From a bacterium (GTDB lineage: Bacteria; Arandabacterota; Arandabacteria; Arandabacterales; JALGWA01): a stretch of 18,474 nucleotides of DNA. The notes beneath the pieces were generated by a model, which ran no database searches, was not told the origin of the DNA, and saw only the letters and a list, made by a program, of their open reading frames with translations. The DNA is taken from the NCBI GenBank assembly GCA_050125095.1, contig JASFEA010000063.1, positions 1-18,474 on the forward strand, in the 5' to 3' direction. Positions 7,662 through 17,776 of the stretch are shown piece by piece. How positions within the stretch are numbered: position 1 is the stretch's first letter; each line of letters opens with the position of its first letter. Position numbers and translations under genes: made by a program.

Positions 7662-8243
7662 ATGAACGAGAAGGAACTGATCACAAGATGCATCGCGCGC
7701 GACGAGACGGCATGGCGCGAGTTCCTGAAACGATATTCCGACTGCATATACGGCTCGGTAGTCAACCTCCTCAAGAAGTACTCCATAGACTCGGCGGAGA
7801 CGGCCGAGGATATCTACGCCGGGGTTATCGAGAAGCTGCTGGCGGACGACTGCAGGGCGCTTAGGAACTTCAAATGGAACTCCAAGGTCACCACGTGGCT
7901 TATAAGCGTCTCGCGAAACAAGGCCTACGATCACCTGAGGACGCTCAAGCGCAGGCCTACCGTATCCCTCGACGCGCCCGTCTCCGATGACGAGGACGAG
8001 TACATCGATTTCATCGCGGGCGACATCCGCCTCGATCACGATATTGAGGTGAGACTCACCGTGGAGGAGGCTCTCGACAGGCTCCCGCCCGGGGACAGGC
8101 TCATACTCAGGTTCTACTATATTGAAGGACTCAAGGAAAGGGAGATAGCAGAACTGCTCGGCATGTCAACCGACGCCCTATCTGCAAGAAAATCAAGGGC
8201 TTTAGCCAAACTGAGAAAACTCGCAGCAAAAGGGCGGCTGTAG
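7662..8243 (+). CDS. ECF-type RNA polymerase sigma-70 factor
   Basis: Region 2 (ELITRCIARDETAWREF...AEDI...TTWLISVSRNKAYDHLR) and region 4 HTH (LDRLPPGDRLILRFYYIEGLKEREIAELLGMS...RALAKLR); 193 aa. Confidence 0.92.
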   Translation: MNEKELITRCIARDETAWREFLKRYSDCIYGSVVNLLKKYSIDSAETAEDIYAGVIEKLLADDCRALRNFKWNSKVTTWLISVSRNKAYDHLRTLKRRPTVSLDAPVSDDEDEYIDFIAGDIRLDHDIEVRLTVEEALDRLPPGDRLILRFYYIEGLKEREIAELLGMSTDALSARKSRALAKLRKLAAKGRL

Positions 8244-8267
8244 GCGTCACATCTGTAGAGGACAGAA

Positions 8268-8888
8268 ATGAAGAATGAATGCCTGACAGAATCCGAAATC
8301 TCAGCCTATGTAGACGGCACCCTCGACGCCAGGGCGCGGGAGAGGGCCGAGTCCCACCTCGAGCGCTGCCGGCTCTGCCTTAACAGCGTGGCCGAGGTAA
8401 AGCGGCTCACCGACGCCCATGAGGCGAGCCCCGTCCCAACGCCCGAAGCGGCGCTGGCCCGCGCCAGAGAGATCATAGAGGCCGGTGCGGCATCGATGCC
8501 CGGATTCTCGATAGTGGCCGCCCTCCGCCAGGGGATGGTCAAGATCATAGAGACCACGGGCAGCCTCCTGCCCCCTCCCAGTCTCGAGCCCGTAGCCGTC
8601 AGAAAGCGAAGAGACTCGAAGCTACTGCCGCGCGTCGCAAGGTCCATCTCGGGCTACTTCGTAACGGTGGAACTCAGTGAAGAGGGCGGCGAATTCGCCG
8701 CCGAGATTACGATCGTCGACGAGAAGACGTCCGAACTGCCGGACGGTCTAAAGGCCAAGCTGCACGCCGAGGGCGGGAGCGAGACCAGGTACTCGCGGTC
8801 GGGAAGGCTGCGCTTCACTTCTCTTAAGAGGGGGACGTCTGACCTCCATCTTGAGAACATCGGCAGGATAAGACTCGAGATCAGGTAG
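8268..8888 (+). CDS. Putative zinc-binding anti-sigma factor (zf-HC2/ZAS) with a soluble beta-rich C-terminal domain
   Basis: CLTESEISAYVDGTL...ESHLERCRLC (H-x3-C-x2-C); directly downstream of the ECF gene; SD GAGGA; no TM helix visible. Confidence 0.85.
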   Translation: MKNECLTESEISAYVDGTLDARARERAESHLERCRLCLNSVAEVKRLTDAHEASPVPTPEAALARAREIIEAGAASMPGFSIVAALRQGMVKIIETTGSLLPPPSLEPVAVRKRRDSKLLPRVARSISGYFVTVELSEEGGEFAAEITIVDEKTSELPDGLKAKLHAEGGSETRYSRSGRLRFTSLKRGTSDLHLENIGRIRLEIR

Positions 8889-8904
8889 GCCGCGCGGCCC
8901 GAAC

Positions 8905-10032
8905 CTATTCCCGGACTTCTGAAAGAGCTTTCACGGCCTCGGCTATATCCCTGCGCGCGACCACTCCCACTACCCTCCCGGCATCGACAACCGGAAGGCC
9001 CCCGCAGCGCTCCGCCACGGTCTTCCTGAGCGCGCCGGCCAGGTCATCATCTGGATGAACGCTTATCCTCCCGGCATCCGTTCGCATCACGTCTGCGATG
9101 GGGGTGCTTGCCCATGAGCTCCTCGGCTTGCTCTTTATGTCTTCCACCGCGACCACTCCCCTGAGCTCGTCGCCTTCAACAACCGGGTAGCAGTCGAGGT
9201 GGTGTCTGAAGACGTATTGGTCGACGAGTTCCTGTATGCTTATGTGTGCCGGCACGGCCACGAAATCGCCGCGCATGGCGTCGCGCACTTTGAAGCCCTT
9301 AAGCGCCCCCTCAACCACTACATGGAAGTAGGACGCGGAAGCGGCCTGCCTTAGGAAAAAGCCTATCATGACCATCCACAGCCCGAAGATGAAGTAGCCC
9401 CTGAACACGGCCAGGAAACCGAAGAGCACAAAGATGATACCCACGACGCTTCCCACCCTGCTCGCGACATAGGTGGCCTTCTTTATGTTGCCCGTGCCTT
9501 TCCAGATGGCCGCGCGAAGAAGCCTCCCGCCGTCCAGAGGAAAACCGGGAATGAGGTTGAAGACGCCCAGCATGCCATTCACGATGGCGAGGTACCTGAA
9601 TACCGGCGCGACTCCCCCCGTCTCCCCCGCGGTTCGCACAACGTAATAGACAATGAAGAAAACGAACATGAGCACGAAACTCATCGCCGGACCCGCGATG
9701 GCTATCTTGATCTCGGTCCCGGGCTCATCCGACTCGCGTTCCATCTGCGACACGCCGCCGAAGAGGAAGAGCGTGATCCTCCTGATGGGAACGCCGTGCC
9801 TCTTGGCGACGTAAGAGTGGCTGAGTTCGTGGAGAACCACCGAAGCGAAGAGCATCAGGGCGGCGACCAGGCCCATTATCCAGTAGGAGGCAGCCGACAT
9901 GTCGGGGTAGTTTGTCGGGAAGTAGAGCGAGACAAGGCTCCATGAGACCAGGGCGAATATGATGAACCAGGATACGTTCACCTCTACGGGAATCCCGAAG
10001 ACCTTGAAGAGCCTGATGCTTGTCTTCAGCAT
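8905..10032 (-). CDS. Site-2 protease (M50 zinc metalloprotease) with two CBS domains
   Basis: HELSH, LFLFGGVS, IAIAGP, FNLIPGFPLDGGR, several TMs, and a C-terminal CBS pair (YPVV...GVV; LPVVD...GVV); SD GGAGG. Confidence 0.92.
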   Translation of the reverse strand: MLKTSIRLFKVFGIPVEVNVSWFIIFALVSWSLVSLYFPTNYPDMSAASYWIMGLVAALMLFASVVLHELSHSYVAKRHGVPIRRITLFLFGGVSQMERESDEPGTEIKIAIAGPAMSFVLMFVFFIVYYVVRTAGETGGVAPVFRYLAIVNGMLGVFNLIPGFPLDGGRLLRAAIWKGTGNIKKATYVASRVGSVVGIIFVLFGFLAVFRGYFIFGLWMVMIGFFLRQAASASYFHVVVEGALKGFKVRDAMRGDFVAVPAHISIQELVDQYVFRHHLDCYPVVEGDELRGVVAVEDIKSKPRSSWASTPIADVMRTDAGRISVHPDDDLAGALRKTVAERCGGLPVVDAGRVVGVVARRDIAEAVKALSEVRE

Positions 10033-10087
10033 AGTACCTCCGCGGGGTAGTCGCCCGCCATACCGGCCATTCTTGCTCCGCAGTCAC

Positions 10088-10164
10088 ATCCTATCATGCG
10101 GGCCTGCCCGTGCCAAGTCAAACGCCGGGCGGCCTTGACGCAGAGGCTTGCCCTGGCATAGTCT
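10088..10164. promoter_or_regulatory. Candidate divergent sigma70 promoters for S2P (minus) and polX-ligA (plus)
   Basis: Minus: TTGGCA (10116-10111), 17 nt, TG-A-TAGGAT (10093-10088). Plus: TTGACG (10135-10140), 18 nt, TAGTCT (10159-10164). Confidence 0.4.
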
Positions 10165-10181
10165 TGTAGGCGGGGGCGATT

Positions 10182-11897
10182 ATGGAAAACCACCGCATAG
10201 CCGACATCTTCGACGAAATCGCGGACGTGCTCGAACTTAAGGATGAGAGCGTATTCCGCATAAGGTCGTACCGCAGGGGCGCCAGGGCGATCCGCGATCT
10301 ACCGGAAGACGTCAAGACCCTCGCCGAGAGCGGGGAGCTTATCAAAGTCCCCGGCATAGGCAAGAGCCTGGCCGAGAAGGTCGATGAGGTGCTCGCAACC
10401 GGCACGTCCGAGTTCTACGAGAAGATCAAGAAGGCGCCCGAGTATCAGCTCCTGCCCCTGCTCGGCATTCCGGGCCTGGGGCCCAAGCACGTAATGCAGT
10501 TCTACCGGGTGCTCGGCATCGCGAGCGTCGATGACCTCGAGAATGCCGCCAGGGCCGGCAGGCTCCACGACCTGGAGCGCGTCGGAGAGAAACTCGAGGA
10601 GAAGATCCTCAAGGGAATCGAGCAGCACCGGAGAAGCAGCGGGCGGTACCGGCTCGCGGAGGCGCTCCATCATGCGGAGTCGGTGGTCGAAGAGCTCAGG
10701 AGACTCAAGGGAGTGACGAGAATCGACGTGGCCGGCAGCTGCCGGCGCATGAAGGAGACCATTGGTGACATCGACATACTCGTTATCTCCAGGTCCCCCG
10801 AGAAGATCATGGAAGCGTTCACCAGGATGAAGTCCGTGGCCGATGTGATAGCCCGCGGCGGCACCAAGTCCAGCGTCCTCCTCCGCGCCGGCATTCAGGT
10901 CGACCTCCGGGTTCTGCGCAAGGAGAACTACGGCGCGGCGCTGCATTATTTCACGGGGTCGCAGGACCACAATGTAATCATCCGGGACCGCGGCAAGCGC
11001 AGGGGCCTGCGCGTGAGCGAGTACGGCGTCTTCAACGTGGAGACCGCCGAGCGGCTGGGCGGCGAGACCGAGGATGAGATATTCTCCGCGCTCGGGCTTC
11101 CGTTCATCCCCCCGGAGCTCAGGGAGAACAACGGCGAGTTCGAGGCCGCGGACGAGGGCCGGCTCCCGAAACTGGTTGAGATGAAGGACATCAGGGGCGA
11201 CCTGCATATGCACACCACCGCCACCGACGGCCGCAATACGCCCAGAGAGATGGCGACGGCAGCCAGGAAGCGGGGCTACAAATACATAGCCATAACAGAC
11301 CATTCCCAGGCAGTCAGGGTCGCGGGCGGCCTCGACGCCGACGAGCTGGCGGCGCATATAAAGGCCGTCAGGAGGGCCAACAAAGAGGTCAAGGGCATCG
11401 AGGTCCTCACCGGTGTCGAGGTGGACATATTGAAGGACGGCAGTCTCGACCTGCCCGATGACGTCCTCAAACAATGTGACGTCGTGGTGGCCGCCGTCCA
11501 CTCGGGCTTCAGCATGCCGGAGAATAAGATGACCGAGCGCATACTCAGGGCCTTCGAGAACGAGAACGTGAACATACTCGCCCACCCGACGGGAAGGATA
11601 ATCGGGGAACGCGAGCCATATGAGGTGGACATGGAGGCCGTGATAAAAGCGGCCAGGGAGTCCGGGGTTGCGCTTGAACTCAACGCGTTTCCCGATAGAC
11701 TTGACCTCAAGGACGTGCACTGCCGCGCCGCCAGGGAAGCCGGAGCAAAAATAAGCATCGGTACGGATTCGCATGCCGTGGCTCATCTTGATAACATGCG
11801 CTACGGAACAGGCACGGCGAGAAGGGGCTGGTGCGAGGCCGGAGACATAGTGAACACGATGACGCTCGCGAAGCTCAGGAAGTTCATCGCGCGCTAG
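10182..11897 (+). CDS. polX: DNA polymerase X / PHP 3'-5' exonuclease
   Basis: HhH motifs VPGIGKS and IPGLGPK; GSCRRMKETIGDIDIL (DxD intact); QVDLR; YFTGS. PHP motifs DLHMHT, TDHS, HPTGR, TDSH. Confidence 0.95.
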   Translation: MENHRIADIFDEIADVLELKDESVFRIRSYRRGARAIRDLPEDVKTLAESGELIKVPGIGKSLAEKVDEVLATGTSEFYEKIKKAPEYQLLPLLGIPGLGPKHVMQFYRVLGIASVDDLENAARAGRLHDLERVGEKLEEKILKGIEQHRRSSGRYRLAEALHHAESVVEELRRLKGVTRIDVAGSCRRMKETIGDIDILVISRSPEKIMEAFTRMKSVADVIARGGTKSSVLLRAGIQVDLRVLRKENYGAALHYFTGSQDHNVIIRDRGKRRGLRVSEYGVFNVETAERLGGETEDEIFSALGLPFIPPELRENNGEFEAADEGRLPKLVEMKDIRGDLHMHTTATDGRNTPREMATAARKRGYKYIAITDHSQAVRVAGGLDADELAAHIKAVRRANKEVKGIEVLTGVEVDILKDGSLDLPDDVLKQCDVVVAAVHSGFSMPENKMTERILRAFENENVNILAHPTGRIIGEREPYEVDMEAVIKAARESGVALELNAFPDRLDLKDVHCRAAREAGAKISIGTDSHAVAHLDNMRYGTGTARRGWCEAGDIVNTMTLAKLRKFIAR

Positions 11898-13955
<2,058 letters not shown>

Positions 13956-14008
13956 CCTTCACACCCGATGGTCTTCCCGCCGGCCGGCCGTCGCACCAGC
14001 CGACCGTC

Positions 14009-15001
14009 CTAGGTGTTGAACTCGATGATATCCTTATCGTCGAGAACGTGGTCTTTCTCCACGGGCAGGCCGTCGATCTTGGTGTGCCCCCAGACCCTCG
14101 CAAACTTGAGATTGTCGTGGAAGTCGCGGTGCACGATTCTCGCCATTTCTATGACCGTCGTGCCCCGCTTCACAACGTAGGGTTTGGAGAGGTCCGGCTC
14201 CTTATGCGGCGCCTTGGAGTATACCCTGACGATGCCGAGCATCTCGTATATGGTCTGGCGCAGCGCCTCCAGGCCTTCTCCCGTCTCGCATGAAACCTTG
14301 TGTATGGGAAGGTCTCCGGACACGGGCTTCACTATGTCGATGAAGATATCGGCTCCGCCCAGGTCGATCTTGTTCACAACCATCAATGTTTTTTTCTGGG
14401 TCATCTTGAAATCGGACTGCTCCTGGTCGGTCTCCAGCGCCGTGAGCCTGATGCCGACCTTCTCCAGGCGGTCCAGCACCACCGCGAGCGACTTGTCGGG
14501 ATCGAGGTCCGCGAGGCCCAGAACCAGGAGTACTATGTCTGACTCCCTTATGATGTTGCTGAACCACCCCTCATAATGGGTCTCGGTTATCGGCGGCATA
14601 TCCACCAGCTGTATCTGTATGTCTTCATAGGGCATCATTGCCGGCTGGACTTTCATTGTCGTGTAGGGATAGGCTGCTATCTCGGGCTTGGCGTGGGTCA
14701 GCCTGTCCACAATGCTGCTCTTGCCGGAATTGGCCGGCCCGATCAACACGACCTGCCCCGCGCCCGACCGCTTAACGTACTCGCCGTGCCTTTTGCCGCC
14801 GCCGCCCTTCTTGGCCTGCTGGACCTCTTCGGTCGTGCGCGAGATGCGGCGCTTGATGTCGGCCTGGAGCTTCTCGGTTCCCTTGTGCTTGGGTATGACC
14901 GAGAGCATCTCGCGCAGCGCGCGCAGCCGGTCCCGCGGGGTCGCGGCTTCCTTGTACTTCCTCTCGGCCTCGAAATACTGTGGTGTCAGATTAGCGGGCA
15001 T
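14009..15001 (-). CDS. OBG-family GTPase, DRG/RBG-like, with a C-terminal TGS domain
   Basis: N-terminal PKHKGTEKL...IK; G1 GPANSGKSS, G2 YPYTT, G3 QLVDMPP, G4 NKID; TGS RVYSK...IHRD-like VHRDF...FARVWG. Start at MPANL (15001) with SD GGAGG. Confidence 0.88.
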   Translation of the reverse strand: MPANLTPQYFEAERKYKEAATPRDRLRALREMLSVIPKHKGTEKLQADIKRRISRTTEEVQQAKKGGGGKRHGEYVKRSGAGQVVLIGPANSGKSSIVDRLTHAKPEIAAYPYTTMKVQPAMMPYEDIQIQLVDMPPITETHYEGWFSNIIRESDIVLLVLGLADLDPDKSLAVVLDRLEKVGIRLTALETDQEQSDFKMTQKKTLMVVNKIDLGGADIFIDIVKPVSGDLPIHKVSCETGEGLEALRQTIYEMLGIVRVYSKAPHKEPDLSKPYVVKRGTTVIEMARIVHRDFHDNLKFARVWGHTKIDGLPVEKDHVLDDKDIIEFNT

Positions 15002-15141
15002 TGTTCCCTCCGATAGGATTCTAACCACGAAGCGGCGCCTATTCAACCGGTTCGTGGCTCTTAGATGAGAGCTTGAGGGCCGGCATTTTGTTTGGTACAG
15101 TGCCAGTGAAGCAGAGACCCGGACACAAGGACGGTGTGCTG

Positions 15142-15741
15142 ATGACGAGAATCCTGTTATTCGCCTTCCTCGTATCAGTCATAGTGGCCGCGATGGCCGC
15201 ATGCGCTTCAGCCGGCTCCGATCACAAGATCGCGGTTCACGTGCTCCCCCACTCCGGCAGGACCTGCGGAAGCCTGCCCGAAGTCCCGGGCTGCATGGAC
15301 ATCAACCATACGCTTGCCGGCTGCGGCGACGTGGATGTCTATCCTGTGGTCTACGATATTTCGGGCATAACCGGCATAGAGGTCGGACTCACCTGGCCTG
15401 AGGCCTGGGGCAGCTGCGCCTTCACGCCATGTGGCATCGATTTCGTCATATCCGAGATCAAATGGCCCGGCGACGGGATCAGCGGCACCTGGCAGGAATG
15501 CCAGAACGACCGCTCAATAGTGATCGGGTTCGGCTGGCTGGCGCCGACATCGGCGGGGCTGATATGCCCCTCACCTCTCCGGACCACCGGTTTCATCGGT
15601 GTTGCCGACTGCGGCTACGCCGTATATCCGCCGTCCGCCCTGTTCTGCGCAGGCGTATGCGGCGCCGAGGGCGATGACCCCTGCGGAGGCCGCGTCTCAG
15701 AGGACAGGACCTGGGGCTCGATCAAGTCCATGTACAGGTAA
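15142..15741 (+). CDS. Secreted Cys-rich hypothetical protein with a C-terminal TWGxIKxxYR motif
   Basis: Signal peptide MTRILLFAFLVSVIVAAMAACASA with SD AAGGA; 12 Cys; ends EDRTWGSIKSMYR. Confidence 0.75.
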   Translation: MTRILLFAFLVSVIVAAMAACASAGSDHKIAVHVLPHSGRTCGSLPEVPGCMDINHTLAGCGDVDVYPVVYDISGITGIEVGLTWPEAWGSCAFTPCGIDFVISEIKWPGDGISGTWQECQNDRSIVIGFGWLAPTSAGLICPSPLRTTGFIGVADCGYAVYPPSALFCAGVCGAEGDDPCGGRVSEDRTWGSIKSMYR

Positions 15742-15759
15742 TACGCGGTTCTGCCATTG

Positions 15760-15802
15760 TGCATTTCAAGACCTGACCCCGGCTTCTCTGACCCCGGCTT
15801 CT
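15760..15802. repeat. REP-like repeat copy plus a 15-bp tandem duplication
   Basis: TGCATTTCAAGACCTGACCCCGG (15760-15782) is the exact 23-bp reverse complement of 2049-2071. CTGACCCCGGCTTCT occurs twice in tandem (15773-15787, 15788-15802). Confidence 0.8.
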
Positions 15803-15810
15803 AACTTCCC

Positions 15811-15839
15811 TTGATTAAGGCGCGGGCTGGCAATATAAT
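15811..15839 (+). promoter_or_regulatory. Putative sigma70 promoter for the M16 peptidase pair
   Basis: TTGATT (15811-15816), 17-nt spacer, perfect TATAAT (15834-15839); strong SD AAGGAG before ATG 15903. Confidence 0.65.
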
Positions 15840-15902
15840 CGGGAGGATTGCATTATCATACGACACTATCGGGAGCAACTGCAAACGGGAAAGGAGAGAG
15901 AA

Positions 15903-17762
15903 ATGAAGAAATACGCCCTGCCCGTGCTGCTCGTGGTCTTATTGTGCCTGATGCCCGCCCTTTCTTTTTCGGAGAAGCTCGCCGAGAAGGTGACGGAGTT
16001 CTATCTCGACAACGGGATGAAGTTCATCGTTGTCGAGCGCAACGTCTCCCCCACATTCTTCGGCGTTATAGGCTTCGATGTCGGGAGCATCAACGAGCGG
16101 GACGGCATCACAGGCATCTCACACCTGCTCGAACACATGATGTTCAAGGGCACCTCCACGGTCGGCACCACAAACTACAGGAGGGAACTCAAGTACATAG
16201 AGAAGATCGACGACCTGGCGCTCGAGATAATGGATGTGAGGCCCCAGATCGGCGACTGGCGCCTGGAGATCTTCGACGAATTCTCCAGGGAACTCATGGC
16301 CTCCCAGACCGAAGAGGACAAGGGGACCGCCGGGGCCGACAAGATCGCGGAGCTCACCGCCCTCACCGAGATGCTGGCCAATAGCACGGCTACACCGCAG
16401 GAGGCCAAGGTCTACCCCACGCTTCTGAAAGAGCCGGGGGTCGACTACTTCGAGAAATACAGGTATCTCAAGGGGCTGGAACTCGAGCTCGCGAAAGCCC
16501 AGAGAGAGCACAAGCAGTTCGTCGTCAAGGACGAGCTCTGGGACACCTACAAGCAGAACGGCGGCAGAATGCTCAATGCCTTCACCGCCAATGACCTCAC
16601 CGCATACATCGTGGCCCTGCCCGCCAACCGCCTGGAACTGTGGATGATGCTGGAATCCGACCGCATGAAGGACGCCGTTTTCCGCGAGTTCTATTCCGAG
16701 CGCGACGTCGTCATGGAGGAGCGTCGCCTCGGCGAAAACGACCCCGATAGCGAGCTCTGGGACGTATTCGCGGCGACAGCCTTCCAGGCGAGTCCCTACG
16801 GCCGCCCGGTGGTGGGCTGGATGAGCGACATCGAGATGATGACCAGGCAGGAAGTGGAAGCTTACTTCAAGCAGTACTACGCGCCCAACAACGCGACGGC
16901 CATGCTCGTGGGCGACATCGACCCGGCCGAGGTTGAGATGCTGGCGAAGAAGTACTTCGGCCGCATACGGGCTCAGACGCCGCCGCCGGCCGTAGTCACG
17001 GTCGAGCCCGAGCAGAAAGGCGAGAGGCGCGTCGTCCTGGAATTCGACGCCAGCCCCAAGCTCCTGATAGGCTACCACGTGCCCGTCGCCCCGCACCCCG
17101 ACGCCTACGCGCTAGAGGTGCTGATGGCCGTTCTCGGGCAGGGACGGACTTCGAGGTTCTATAAGAAAATATACGAGGAACTCGAGCTCACTTCATCGCC
17201 CCCCGGGGTGGGCGCCGAGCCGGGCAGTAAGCTGCCCAATCTGCTCGCTATCGTGGCCGAACCGCGCCATCCCCATACGACCGAAGAGGTGGAACAGGCC
17301 ATTTATGAGGAGATCGAGGTCATAAAACAGGAGCCGCCGACGGAGCGCGAACTGCAGCGCCTGAGGAACCGAATCGACGCCCAGATGGTTAGAAGCCTTG
17401 GAAGCAACTATGGGATCGCTTTCCAGCTGGGCTTCTCGGAGCTGATAAGGGGCAGCTGGCGGACTTATCTGGAGGACATGGAGCGGGTGAAGGCCGTCAC
17501 ACCGGAGGAGGTCTCGGCTGTCGCCGCGAAGTACCTGACTCCGAGCAATCGCACCGTCGCCACGCTCGTCAAGATAGAGAAGGAAGAGGGCGAAGAGGAC
17601 GAGATGGAGGGCATCGACATCCAGGCGCTCATCCAGTGGGTGCGCACTCTGCCCGAGGAGGAACAGAAGGAGATCTTCATGAGGTTCCAGAGCATGACGC
17701 CCGAGGAACGCGAGGAGCTGGGCAAGCAGCTCTGGCAGCGCATGCAGGCAACCACCGAGTAG
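15903..17762 (+). CDS. Exported M16 (pitrilysin/insulinase family) zinc peptidase, catalytic subunit
   Basis: Signal peptide; LDNGM; inverted zinc motif HLLEH followed by MMFKGT; NAFT; ESDRM; ERDVVMEERR; YYAPNNA; LGQGRTSRFY. Confidence 0.92.
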   Translation: MKKYALPVLLVVLLCLMPALSFSEKLAEKVTEFYLDNGMKFIVVERNVSPTFFGVIGFDVGSINERDGITGISHLLEHMMFKGTSTVGTTNYRRELKYIEKIDDLALEIMDVRPQIGDWRLEIFDEFSRELMASQTEEDKGTAGADKIAELTALTEMLANSTATPQEAKVYPTLLKEPGVDYFEKYRYLKGLELELAKAQREHKQFVVKDELWDTYKQNGGRMLNAFTANDLTAYIVALPANRLELWMMLESDRMKDAVFREFYSERDVVMEERRLGENDPDSELWDVFAATAFQASPYGRPVVGWMSDIEMMTRQEVEAYFKQYYAPNNATAMLVGDIDPAEVEMLAKKYFGRIRAQTPPPAVVTVEPEQKGERRVVLEFDASPKLLIGYHVPVAPHPDAYALEVLMAVLGQGRTSRFYKKIYEELELTSSPPGVGAEPGSKLPNLLAIVAEPRHPHTTEEVEQAIYEEIEVIKQEPPTERELQRLRNRIDAQMVRSLGSNYGIAFQLGFSELIRGSWRTYLEDMERVKAVTPEEVSAVAAKYLTPSNRTVATLVKIEKEEGEEDEMEGIDIQALIQWVRTLPEEEQKEIFMRFQSMTPEEREELGKQLWQRMQATTE

Positions 17763-17776
17763 AGAGGAGGTCCGAG

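Noticed and set aside
8226-8253. Possible ECF-type promoter (GCAAAA...CGTCAC) before the anti-sigma; GTCACATC also occurs at 10083-10090
   Set aside because: Too short and degenerate to support without knowing the sigma's motif; an 8-mer match can occur by chance.
8888-8899. GGCCGCGCGGCC palindrome between the convergent anti-sigma and S2P genes as a terminator
   Set aside because: Only a 4-bp stem with no U-tract on either strand.
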